In this document: piece after piece, positions 10,047 to 19,753 of the stretch | Numbering within the stretch: the stretch's first letter is position 1 | Layout of the letters: each line of letters begins with the position of its first letter | Source of the DNA: Octopus sinensis | Taxonomy: Eukaryota | Direction: 5' to 3' | DNA length: 19,753 nt | Assembly: GCF_006345805.1 (NCBI RefSeq) | Contig: NW_021824042.1 | Span: 1-19,753 of the forward strand | The notes under the pieces: generated by a model | The model's database searches: none | The model's input: the letters and a program-made list of their open reading frames with translations, nothing else | Told to the model about the DNA's origin: nothing | Made by a program: the position numbers and the translations under genes

Positions 10047-10982
10047 CATATATGCACACATGCACACACACACACACACACACACACAAGCATATATGCA
10101 CACATGCACACACACACACAACACACACACAGCATATATGCACACACGCACACACACACACACACAGCATATATGCACACACACACACACACTCACACAC
10201 ACAAGCATATATGCACACATGCACACACACACACACACATAAACACACACACAGCATATATGCACACATGCACACACACAAGCTATATGCACAAACCTGC
10301 ACCACACACACACACAGCTATATGCCAACACATGCACACACACACACACACACACATACACAAGCATATATGCACACATGCACACACCACACACACACAC
10401 ACACGCATATATACACATGCACACACACAACACAGCATATATGCACACATGCACACACCACACACACATACACAGCATATATGCACACATGCACACACAC
10501 ACACACACACAGCAATAATAGCACACATGCACACACACACACACACACACACACACAGCATATATGCACACATGCACACACACACCACACACCACACACA
10601 CACACAGCATATATGCCCACACGCACACACACACACACACACAGCATATATGCACACACACACACACACTCACACACACAGCATATATGCACACATGCAC
10701 ACACACACACACATAAACACACACAACAGCATATGTCCACACATGCACACACACACAGCATATATGCCACACAAAACTGCCACACACACACACACACACA
10801 GCATATATGCACACATGCACACACACACACACACACAGCATATATGCACACATGCACACACACACACACACACAGCATATATGCACACATGCACACACAC
10901 AAGCATATATGCACACACACACACACACACTCACACACACAAGCATATATGCACACATGCACACACACACACACACACAGCA
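9727..10982. repeat. CA-rich minisatellite: core AGCATATATGCACACATGC plus variable (AC)n, about 30 copies
   Basis: Directly visible; source of the Cys-Val and His-Thr ORFs. Confidence 0.97.
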
Positions 10983-11049
10983 CAACTTAATCACTGGTGG
11001 TGGCGACAGTGGCGTTAACTCCTATCCAATTAGTTAACCTGTAGCAAAT

Positions 11050-11445
11050 ATCTGAGCTCCTTCATCCTGATGGGTGCAATGGATACCAGAGCTCGAGGTG
11101 GCTGTTAAGGCCAAGGGCAATATAGAAGAACCAGCTGTGGAGGGTGTATTTATCATGGGAAAGGGCCAGCGAAGGATGAGGAAGTAAAAGTCACTCTTTG
11201 CATCTTGAACCTCTGATCCCTACATCTTGATGTCTGTTATTTTCCATCTGGCCTGGTTCGTTCCCTTCAAGATGACATGCCAGCGGTTTGGGCAGTCCTT
11301 AGTGATTGTCTTCCAAGGAATTTGGGTTAATGGAGCAGCAGAAGAGAGTGGCCTTGAGTTGATTTCAAAAATGGAATTTGGGGGCTCCAAGTGGTCTGGT
11401 GCCGGAGGCCAACTATGCCAACTTAATCATAGAACAATGGAAAAA
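11050..11445 (-). mobile_element. RTE-clade LINE, 3' end of ORF2 (pseudogene)
   Basis: Minus translation A*LASGTRPLGAPKFHF*NQLKATLFCCSINPNSLED, then after a frameshift KDCPNRWHVILKGTNQA, and later IALGLNSHLE. These match the RTE ORF2 terminal pattern GEL-x-x-G-x-R-P-x-G-x-P-K-L-R-F-K-D-Q-L-K...W-R...G-L-x-S-H. Confidence 0.7.
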
Positions 11446-11467
11446 GGGTTTTTTCGCTTTAGGATCG

Positions 11468-11627
11468 CACACACACACACACACACACACTGACATGCAT
11501 GCACTCACAGACATGCACATACACACATACACACAAGCACCATACTCACACATACACACAAACACCATACACACACATACACACACATACACACAAGCAC
11601 CATACTCACACACATATACACAAGTAC

Positions 11628-11673
<46 letters not shown>

Positions 11674-11745
11674 CAAGTACCATACATACACATATACACA
11701 GAAGGACCACACATACATACAAACACACAAACACACACATACATA
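11468..11745. repeat. (CA)n-rich compound microsatellite
   Basis: Directly visible. Confidence 0.95.
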
Positions 11746-11746
11746 T

Positions 11747-11894
11747 AGGCACACTATGGTAAGAAGCTTGCTTCCCTATCACATGGTTCCGGGTTCAGTC
11801 CCACTGCGTTGCACCTTGGGCAAGTGTCTTCTACTATAACCTCGGGCCGACCAAAGCCTGTGAGTGGATTTGTAGACGAACTGAAAGAAGCCTG

Positions 11895-11951
<57 letters not shown>

Positions 11952-11956
11952 ATATA

Positions 11957-12006
<50 letters not shown>

Positions 12007-12012
12007 ATATAT

Positions 12013-12053
<41 letters not shown>

Positions 12054-12129
12054 TGTGTATATATATATATAATATATATATATTTATATATATATATATA
12101 TATGTTGTATATATATGTATGTATATATA

Positions 12130-12161
<32 letters not shown>

Positions 12162-12457
12162 TTTTATTATATATAATATGTGTGGTGTGTGTATATATAT
12201 GTATATATATATGTATGTATGTATGTATGTATATATCTGTGTGTGTATCTGTGCTTATCCCCATCATCGCTTGACAACCGATGGTGTTGTGTTTACATTC
12301 CCGTAACTTAGCAGTTCGGTGAAGGAGCCCGATAGAATAAGTACTAGACTTACAAAGAATAAGTCCTGGAGTTGATTTGCTCGACTAAAATACGGTGCTC
12401 CAGCATGGCCGCAGTCAAATGACTGAAACAGGTAAAAGAGTAAAAGAGAAAAAGAGA
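11747..12457 (+). mobile_element. tRNA-derived SINE family B with an expanded internal (TA)n tract (11897-12250)
   Basis: B-box GGTTCAGTCCC, CORE-like GCACCTTGGGCAAGT, 3' tail TAAAAGAGTAAAAGAG; colinear with the copy at 16206-16605. Confidence 0.9.
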
Positions 12458-12519
12458 GATACAAAGCAACAACAAGATAGAGCCTGCATGTGGTCATTCA
12501 ATGTGCTAAAAATAGCAAC

Positions 12520-13555
12520 CAGATTCCAAGCGTGGTCAGAGTTGGAACGTCTCTGATCATATTGCTGTTTTACAAGGACTGACCTGGGGTTAAACAACAA
12601 GGAGGGAAACATTAGACGATGTAGTCCTAGATATCCTATGTCTGAAGACAGGATGGTCACGGCTGGAACATTTTTTCTCAAAGGTCTGCTGAATCAGGAC
12701 TGACCTGGGGCTAAACAACAGCTACAGTAAAGAAGTACACATTAGATAGTGTAGTCCTAGATACACTGTGTCTGAATAGAAGAAGGAATGGTCACAGCCG
12801 TAGCAATTTTAATCATAGCTCTGCTAGATCAGGACTGACCTGGGGCTAAACAACAGCTACAGTAAAGAAGTACACATTAGATAGTGTAGTCCTAGATACA
12901 CTGTGTTTGAATAGAAGAAGGAATGGTCACAGCCGTAGCAATTTTAATCATAGCTCTGCTAGATCAGGACTGACCTGGGGCTAAAAAAAAGAAAGAAAGG
13001 ACACATTAAATAATGTAGTCCTAGATACACTATGCCTGAATAAAAGACATGGTGGTCACAGCTGGAACATCTTTTGTCACAGGTCTGATGGATTAGGACC
13101 GACCTAGGGTTAAACAACAACAACAGCCACAGGAAGGAATAGCACATTAGAAAATGTAGTCCCAGATACACGGTGTCTCAATAAAGCACAGGATGGTCAC
13201 GGCTGGAACGTCTTTGGTCAAAGGTCTAATGGATTAGGACTGACCGTTAAACAACAACAGCCACAGCCACAGGAAGGAATGGCACATTAGAAAATGTAGT
13301 CCCAGATACACGGTATCTCAATAAAACACAGGATGGTCACGGCTGGAACATCTTTGGTCACAGGTCTGATGGATTAGGACCGACCTAGGGTTAAACAACA
13401 ACAGCCACAGGAAGGAATAGCACATTAGAAAATGTAGTTCCAGATACACGGTGTCTCAATAAAACACAGGATGGTCATGGTTGGAATATTTTTGATTGTA
13501 GGCCTGTCTGGATCAAGACCGACCTGGGGCTCAGCAACAATGATAACAACAACAA
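12520..13555. repeat. Tandem array of 121-141-bp units, about 7.5 copies
   Basis: Anchor GGAC(T/C)GACC at 12576, 12697, 12832, 12967, 13096, 13237, 13377, 13516. Confidence 0.92.
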
Positions 13556-13849
13556 ATACGAGAAGAATACGAGGAACGAACAAGTCTTAAATAATACACA
13601 ATGTCTGTGTAGGTGGGGCGAGTAAAATGGCGTGGTAGTCACCGTTGGAGTGTCTTTCGTTATTAGGACGGTGTGTCTGCCTGGTGTTGTATCAGCGGGG
13701 ATGGATGGCCAAACAATAGCAGCAGCAATAACAACAACTATAACAAAAACAATGATACCATAACGACAGAAACAAAGCTATCGAGGGATGGCCTTCATTT
13801 GCTAGAAATAGCAGCCAAATTCACTCCCATCACCCGTTATATACGGTTT

Positions 13850-13982
13850 CCCATATTGGCAAAAGTCCAGCAATTTCGGAGGCGGGGTCAAGTCCAGTAC
13901 ATCGACTCCAGTGATCAACTGGTACTTATTTTATCGATCCTGAAAGGATGAATGGCAAAGTCGATCTAGACGGAATTTGAAT
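13850..13982 (-). mobile_element. SINE family A, 5'-truncated
   Basis: ACATCGACTCCAGTGATCAACTGGTACTTATTTTATCGATCCTGAAAGGATGAATGGCAAAGTCGA is homologous to the other copies. Confidence 0.8.
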
Positions 13983-13984
13983 GC

Positions 13985-15840
13985 CCTGAACATTTCGTCC
14001 GTCTTTACGTTCTGAGTTCAAGAATCTACCAGCTAGCTGCATACCGTCTTCTTAAAACGAAAATATTCGTCCCTTAGGGGTCAATAAAATAATCTACCAA
14101 CTCGCTGCATACCGTCTTCTTAAAACGAAAATATTCGTCCCTTAGGGGTCATAAAATAATCTACCAACTCGCTGCATACCGTCTTTTGAAACGAAAATAT
14201 TCGTCCCTTAGGGGTCGATAAAATAATCTCCAGCTAGCTGCTCCGTCTTCTTAAAACGAAAATTCGTCCCTTCGGGTTGATAATAATCTACCAGCTAGCT
14301 GCATACCGTCTTCTTAAAACGAATATTTGTCCTTAGGGGTCGATAAAATAATCTACCAACTCGCTGCATACGTCTTCTTAAAACGAAAATATCGTCCCTT
14401 AGGGGTCAATAAAATAATCCACCAGCTAGCTGCATACCGTCTTCTTAAAACGAAAATATTCGTCCCTTAGGGGTCGATAAATATCTACCAACTCGCTGCA
14501 TACCGTCTTCTTGAAACGAAAATATTCGTCCTTAGGGTCAATAAAATAATCTACCAGTAGCTGCATACCGTCTCTTAAAACGAAATATTCGTCCCTGAGG
14601 GGTCGATAAAATAATCTACCACTTAGCTGCATACCGTCTTCTTAAAACGAAAATATTCGTCCTTAGGGGTCGATAAAATAATCTAAACCACTCGCTGCAT
14701 ACCGTCTTCTTAAAACGAAAATATTCGTCCCTTAGGGGTCGATAAAATAATCTACAGCTAGCTGCATACCGCTTCTTAAAACGAAAATATTCGTCCTAGG
14801 GGTCGATAAAATAATCTACCACTCGCTGCTACCGTCTTCTTAAACCAAAATATTCGTCCCTTAGGGGTCATAAAATAATCTCCCAGCTCGCTGCATACCG
14901 TCTTCTTAAAACGAAAATATTCGTCCCTTAGGGGTCGATAAAATAATCTACCAACTCGCTGCATACCGTCTTCTTAAAACGAAAATATTCGTCCCTTAGG
15001 GGTCAATAAAATAATCTACCAACTCGCTGCATACCGTCTTCTTGAAACGAAAATATTCGTCCCTTAGGGGTCGATAAAATAATCTACCAGCTAGCTGCAT
15101 ACCGTCTTCTTAAAACGAAAATATTCGTCCCTAAGGGGTCGATAAAATAATCTACCACTTAGCTGCATACCGTCTTCTTAAAACCAAAATATTCGTCCCT
15201 TAGGGGTCGATAAAATAATCTACCACTCGCTGCATACCGTCTTCTTAAAAAACGAAAATATTCGTCCCTTAGGGGTCAATAATAATCTAACCACTAGCTG
15301 CATACCATCTTCTAAAACGAAAATATTCGCCCCTTAGGGGTCGATAAAATAATCTACCAGCTAGCTGCATACCGTCTTCTTAAAACGAAAATATTCGTCC
15401 CTTAGGGGTCAATAAAATAATCTACCAACTCGCTGCATACCGTCTTCTTGAAACGAAAATATTCGTCCCTTAGGGGTCAATAAAATAATCTACCAGCTAG
15501 CTGCATACCGTCTTCTTAAAACGAAAATATTCGTCCCTTAGGGGTCAATAAAATAATCTACCAGCTAGCTACATACCGTCTTCTTAAAACGAAAATATTC
15601 GTCCCTTAGGGGTCGATAAAATAATCTACCAGCTAGCTGCATACCGTCTTCTTAAAACGAAAATATTCGTCCCTTAGGGGTCGATAAAATAATCTACCAG
15701 CTAGCTGCATACCGTCTTCTTAAAACGAAAATATTTGTCCCTTCGAGGTCGATAAAATAAGTACAAGTTTAGTATTGGGAGTAATATAATCGACTATCCC
15801 TTCCCTCAAAAATGGTTAATCCTGTACCAAAATTTCCAGC
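13985..15840 (+). mobile_element. SINE family A interrupted by the 68-bp satellite
   Basis: Left part CATTTCGTCCGTCTTTACGTTCTGAGTTCAA (to ~14018); right part resumes GGTCGATAAAATAAGTAC...ATCGACTATCCCTTCCCTCAAAA (from ~15745). Confidence 0.7.
14021..15760. repeat. 68-bp tandem satellite, about 26 copies
   Basis: Consensus AATCTACCAGCTAGCTGCATACCGTCTTCTTAAAACGAAAATATTCGTCCCTTAGGGGTCGATAAAAT; exact 68-bp period at 15351, 15419, 15487, 15555, 15623, 15691. Confidence 0.98.
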
Positions 15841-15847
15841 CAATTTT

Positions 15848-16037
15848 GGTTTCAAATTTTGGCACAAGGCCAGGGGAGAAGGTAGGTTGAATACATCGAC
15901 TCCAAGGTTCAACTGGTACTTATTTTATCGACCCTAGAAGGTTGAAAGGCCAAGTCGACCTCAGCGGAATTTGAACTCAGAACGTAAAGATGGATGAAAT
16001 GCCCGACGTAGTAACGAGTCTGTCAACTCGCTGCTTC
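15848..16037 (-). mobile_element. SINE family A
   Basis: Homologous body including GTCGACCTCAGCGGAATTTGAACTCAGAACGTAAAGA; degraded head. Confidence 0.85.
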
Positions 16038-16205
16038 GTTTGAAAGCAATGTTAAAACGAATATACCTTCTCTTCGATCAAAGCTGACTTGGGTAGCTGG
16101 GGTTGATGCTGGGAGATTAAATAACAACAACAACAACAGCAACAACCATTATCAAGAGTAACAGCAACAACAACAATAATAACGGCTTCATTTTTTAGGG
16201 ACACG

Positions 16206-16605
16206 CGCAGGAGTGGCTGTGTGGTAAGTAGCTTGTTTACCAACCACATGGTTCCGGGTTCAGTCCCACTGCCTGGCACCTTGGGCAAGTGTCTCCTACT
16301 ATAGCCTCGGGCCGGCCAAAGCCTTGTGAGTGGATTTGGTAGACGGAAACTGAAAGAAGCCTGTCGTATGTATGTATATGTATGTGTATGTGTTTGTGTG
16401 TCTGTGTTTGTCCCCCTAGCATTGCTTGACAACCGATGCTGGTGTGTTTATGTCCCCGTTACTTAGCGGTTCGGCAAAAGAGACCGATAGAATAAGTACT
16501 GGGCTTACAAAAAAGAATAGGTCCCGGGGTCGAGTTGCCCGATTAAAGGCGGTGCTCCAGCATGGCCGCAGTCAAATGACTGAAACAAGTAAAAGAGTAA
16601 AAGAG
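16206..16605 (+). mobile_element. tRNA-derived SINE family B, full length
   Basis: A-box-like TGGCTGTGTGG, B-box GGTTCAGTCCC, short internal (TATG)/(GT) tract at 16366-16410, TAAAAGAG tail. Confidence 0.92.
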
Positions 16606-16606
16606 A

Positions 16607-16808
16607 CAGGGTCAGCAGTTTTTGAGGCGATGGGAAAGTTGATAACATTGACTCCAGTTCTTGACTGGTTCTTGTTTTATCGTTCACGAAAGGATGAAAT
16701 GCTAAGTCGACCTCGGCAGTATCTGAACTCAAAACATAAAGACGGACGACATGCCACGAAGCAGTTTGTCCGGCGTGCTAACGATTCTTTCTACCAGCTC
16801 GCCGCCTT
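16607..16808 (-). mobile_element. SINE family A, near full length, diverged
   Basis: Minus strand starts AAGGCGGCGAGCTGGTAGAAAG...TTAGCACGCCGGAC; body homologous. Confidence 0.85.
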
Positions 16809-16829
16809 AACAACAATAATAATCCTTTT

Positions 16830-17813
16830 TTCCTAATATGCACAAACATGTCTGAAAATTTTGAAGGAGGGAGCTAGTCGATAACATCCACCACTGAGTT
16901 TAATGGATATTTTATCGCGCCCGAAAGGATGAAAGACAAAATCCACCTCAGCAGAATTTGAACTCAGAACGTAGCGGCAGACGATATACCTATTTCTTTA
17001 TTACCCACAAGGGGCTAAACACAGAGGGGACAAACAAGGACAGACAAACGGAATAAGTCGATTATATCGACCCCAGTGCGTAACTGGTACTTATTTTATC
17101 GACCCCGAAAGGATGAAAGGCAAAGTCGACCTCGGCGGAATTTGAACTCAGAACGTAACAGCAGACGAAATACCTATTTCTTTACTACCAACAAGGGGCT
17201 AAACATAGAGGGGACAAACAAGGACATACAAACGGATTGAGTCGATTTAATCGACCCCGAAAGGATGAAAGGCAAAGTCGACGTCGGCGGAATTTGAACT
17301 CAGAACGTAGCGGCAGACGAAATACCTATTTCTTTACTACCCACAAGGGGCTAAACACAGAGGGGACAAACAAGGACAGACAAACGGATTAAGTCGATTA
17401 TATCGACCCCAGTGCGTAACTGGTACTTATTTAATCGACCGCGAAAGGATTAAAGGCAAAGTCGACCTCGGCGGAATCTGAACTCAGAACGTAGTAGCAG
17501 ACGAAATACCTATTTCTTTACTATCCACAAGGGGCTAAACACAGAGGTGACAGACAAACGGATTAAGTTATATATATATATATTTCTTTATTACCTACAA
17601 GGGGCTAAATATAGAGGGTACAAACAAGGACAGACAAAGGGATTAAGTCGATTATATCGACCCCAGTGCGTAACTGGTACTTAATTTATCGACCCCGAAA
17701 GGATGAAAGGCAAAGTCGACCTCGGCGGAATTTGAACTCAGAACGTAGCGGCAGACGAAATACCGATAAGCATTTCGCCCGGCATGCTAACAATTCTGCC
17801 AGCTCAACGCCTT
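16830..17813 (-). mobile_element. Head-to-tail multimer of SINE family A (one headed copy plus headless units)
   Basis: Full copy 17581-17813; partial 17511-17570; headless units 17327-17510 (184 bp), 17175-17326 (152 bp), 16991-17174 (184 bp); tail-variant unit ~16830-16990. Confidence 0.92.
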
Positions 17814-17914
17814 CACAACAACCATAACAATATTTCGGCGGCAAAGTGAAGTGTCAGGGGTTGTGTCAGATACGTTGTTGTGATATGTTTATTGTTTTGC
17901 AATCTCTCTGCTCT

Positions 17915-17960
17915 CTGAGTTCAAATCCCGGTGAGATCAGCTTTTGCCTTCATTTACATC
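17915..17960 (+). mobile_element. Degenerate SINE family A B-box fragment
   Basis: CTGAGTTCAAATCCCGGTGAGATCAGCTTTTGCCTTCAT aligns to the family A B-box region. Confidence 0.5.
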
Positions 17961-18004
17961 CCGTCAGCCAAGTGAAGTAGTAGATGGCGATGAAGTGGAA
18001 ACCG

Positions 18005-18257
18005 TCAGTGTGTGTGTGTTTGTTTGTTTATGTTTGCTAGTGTATTTGTGCTTCTGTGTAAGTGTTTGTATATGTGTATGCAAGTGTGTGTGCGTGGGGG
18101 GGGGGAAGATATATATATATATATACACTTTTAAATAAAGCATATTACTCTACCTCTGGTATTTGAGTACTCTTTTTTTCCACCTTGTTTCACATTTATG
18201 TTGTTTACTTATACTCCGGTATAATATATATATATATATATATAATATATATTCATA

Positions 18258-18307
<50 letters not shown>

Positions 18308-18335
18308 TACCATATACATATATATATACAAATAG

Positions 18336-18387
<52 letters not shown>

Positions 18388-18535
18388 TTATATATATGTA
18401 TATATATATGGGTGTCTAGTATGCGTGTATACATATATATGTATATATATATGTATATATATATATATGTATATATATATGTATGCGTGTATATATATAT
18501 ACGTATATATATATATATGTATATATATATATAGG
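18005..18535. repeat. (GT)n and (TA)n microsatellites with a short non-repetitive interruption (~18130-18220)
   Basis: Directly visible. Confidence 0.93.
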
Positions 18536-18740
18536 GTGTCTATGTATGCGTGTATCGACTACGCTGAAGGGAGACTCCAAAGACTCTGAGAGGGTTCACG
18601 GTGTGGAGTCGTCTCCGCCAATCCGATCGTGGCATCTCCTCTGTAAACGTGTAAAATTGAAACAACAAACAAACAAAGAGAGAGAAAGCGAAAAGGGAAA
18701 ACAATAGCGATAACATCAAGAACAACAACAGCGATATATC

Positions 18741-18749
18741 ACTTACCTG
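18741..18749 (-). other. 5' splice donor CAG|GTAAGT (phase 1)
   Basis: Perfect U1 consensus; exon ends at 18747, intron starts at 18746, within the last codons of the 292-aa ORF. Confidence 0.75.
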
Positions 18750-19617
18750 TGGTTATACGGCGCTGACGATCATCATCATCATCATCATCATGGTAATAAT
18801 AACAGTCGTGGTTGTAGTAATGATAATAATAGTAATCAACATCGTCGTCGTCGTCGTTGTGATAGTCCTGGTGTTGTTGTTGTTGATGATGGTGTTGTTG
18901 ATTTTGATGGTGTTGGTGTTGGTGGTGGGGGTGGGGGTGGTGGTGATGGTGGTGGTGGTGGTGATTGGAATGTTGAAGGAGGAGATGAAGAAGATGGTGA
19001 CAACGGTGAGGCTGATGCTGCTCGCTACGATGTGGCTGATGGTGATGGTGATGGTGTGGCTGGCGACGACGGGGTGGAGGATGATGAAGAGGAGGAGGAG
19101 GAGGACAACGGTGATGAGGATGATGATGATGAGGATGAGGGTGAGGGTGGGGGTGAAGGTGATTTTGATTATGATGTTGGTGATGATGGTGTTGATGGTG
19201 ATTGTGGTGGTGATGATGATGGTGATGACGACGACGGCGACGGCGGCAGAGAAGGCGAAGAAGCAACCGCGGTAGATGGAGACGAAGAACTGGTGTCTGA
19301 TGAGGAAATCCACACATTAGGCCCGACCCCGCGCTCAGAAACGCATCCTTTTCGTCCCTGTCGACGACCCTACCCGCTTCCCTCGACGACGACGACGACG
19401 ACGATGATGATGATGATGATGATCCCGTATCCGTCACCACCATCGTCGCCGTCCTGTAGTGAAGACCTAGATCGCCGCCGCCGTCACCCCTGACGCCGCC
19501 GCCGTCGTCGGCTTTAGTCCAGCACGTTAGCAATAACAACAATAACGACAACAACAACGACGATAGACTGTTGTTACTGTAATTGTTTTGACTGTTGTAG
19601 TATGAACGAAAATACAT
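18747..19617 (-). CDS. First coding exon (290 aa + 1 nt) of a secreted or cell-surface preproprotein with a His-rich propeptide; gene identity unknown
   Basis: ATG at 19617 with A at -3 and an in-frame TGA 24 nt upstream. Hydrophobic LSSLLLSLLLLLL followed by TCWTKA|DD gives a likely signal peptide (aa 1-36). Then poly-Ser, RRRRRR (125-130), 61 His in aa 131-250, an Asp/Tyr block, RQRR (284-287) and a consensus donor. Caveat: CAT/CAC repeats keep frames open by chance. Confidence 0.65.
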
Positions 19618-19753
19618 CCTTGTTTTTTTGGGGGGATTTTTTCAAATTCAAAAAAAAAATAAGGGCTGCCACGGTCCTTTTTATTATTAATATTATTATT
19701 TATATTACTATTATATATATATATTTTGTTCTTTTCCTTTCCGTTTAAGTACG

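Noticed and set aside
9729-11018. ~420-aa Cys-Val and His-Thr ORFs suggesting metallothionein-like proteins
   Set aside because: Translation of (CA)n/(TG)n minisatellite; open in nearly all frames on both strands.
12640-12675. Hammerhead-like CTGAAGA...GGAAC (retrozyme idea for the 121-141-bp array)
   Set aside because: Motif present in one unit only, GAAC instead of GAAA, and no stems I/III found.
14021-15760. CRISPR-like array
   Set aside because: Contiguous tandem units with no unique spacers, no cas genes, eukaryotic context.
14021-15760. Telomeric or subtelomeric repeat (TTAGGG in each unit)
   Set aside because: Only one hexamer per 68 bp, and it aligns to the SINE segment CCTTTCGGGG, so it is most simply a point-mutation derivative.
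16206-16275. tRNA gene (A and B boxes)
   Set aside because: No cloverleaf or acceptor stem; it is the head of a repeated SINE.
18570-18616. Imperfect hairpin GGAGACTCCA...TGGA(GTC)GTCTCC near the donor
   Set aside because: Short bulged stem with a large loop; within chance expectation without conservation data.
18868-19227. Identity with squid histidine-rich beak proteins or suckerins
   Set aside because: No GHGxY-type or Gly/Tyr modular repeats; the His tract is Gly-free. No gene symbol assigned.

Overview
Eukaryotic, repeat-saturated animal DNA, most likely octopod cephalopod (Octopus sp.). That assignment rests on my recall of the SINE families and the microsatellite load, not on a search. 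The only credible host coding sequence is a minus-strand first coding exon (19617-18747). It encodes a signal peptide, a ~50% His region, an Asp/Tyr-rich block and an RQRR furin-type site, and ends at a perfect CAG|GTAAGT phase-1 donor. Everything from 18746 to 1 is then most simply intron 1. That intron is filled with microsatellites (roughly a third of the window, rough estimate), at least three SINE-like families, remnants of mariner, RTE and Penelope-like elements, and a piggyBac-type MITE. It also holds several tandem arrays: an 84-bp ATC-based unit, a CA-rich minisatellite, a 121-141-bp unit, a 68-bp satellite inside a SINE, and a SINE multimer. Nearly all ORFs in the supplied track are microsatellite artefacts. 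No prokaryotic system, CRISPR array, rRNA or true tRNA gene is supported.
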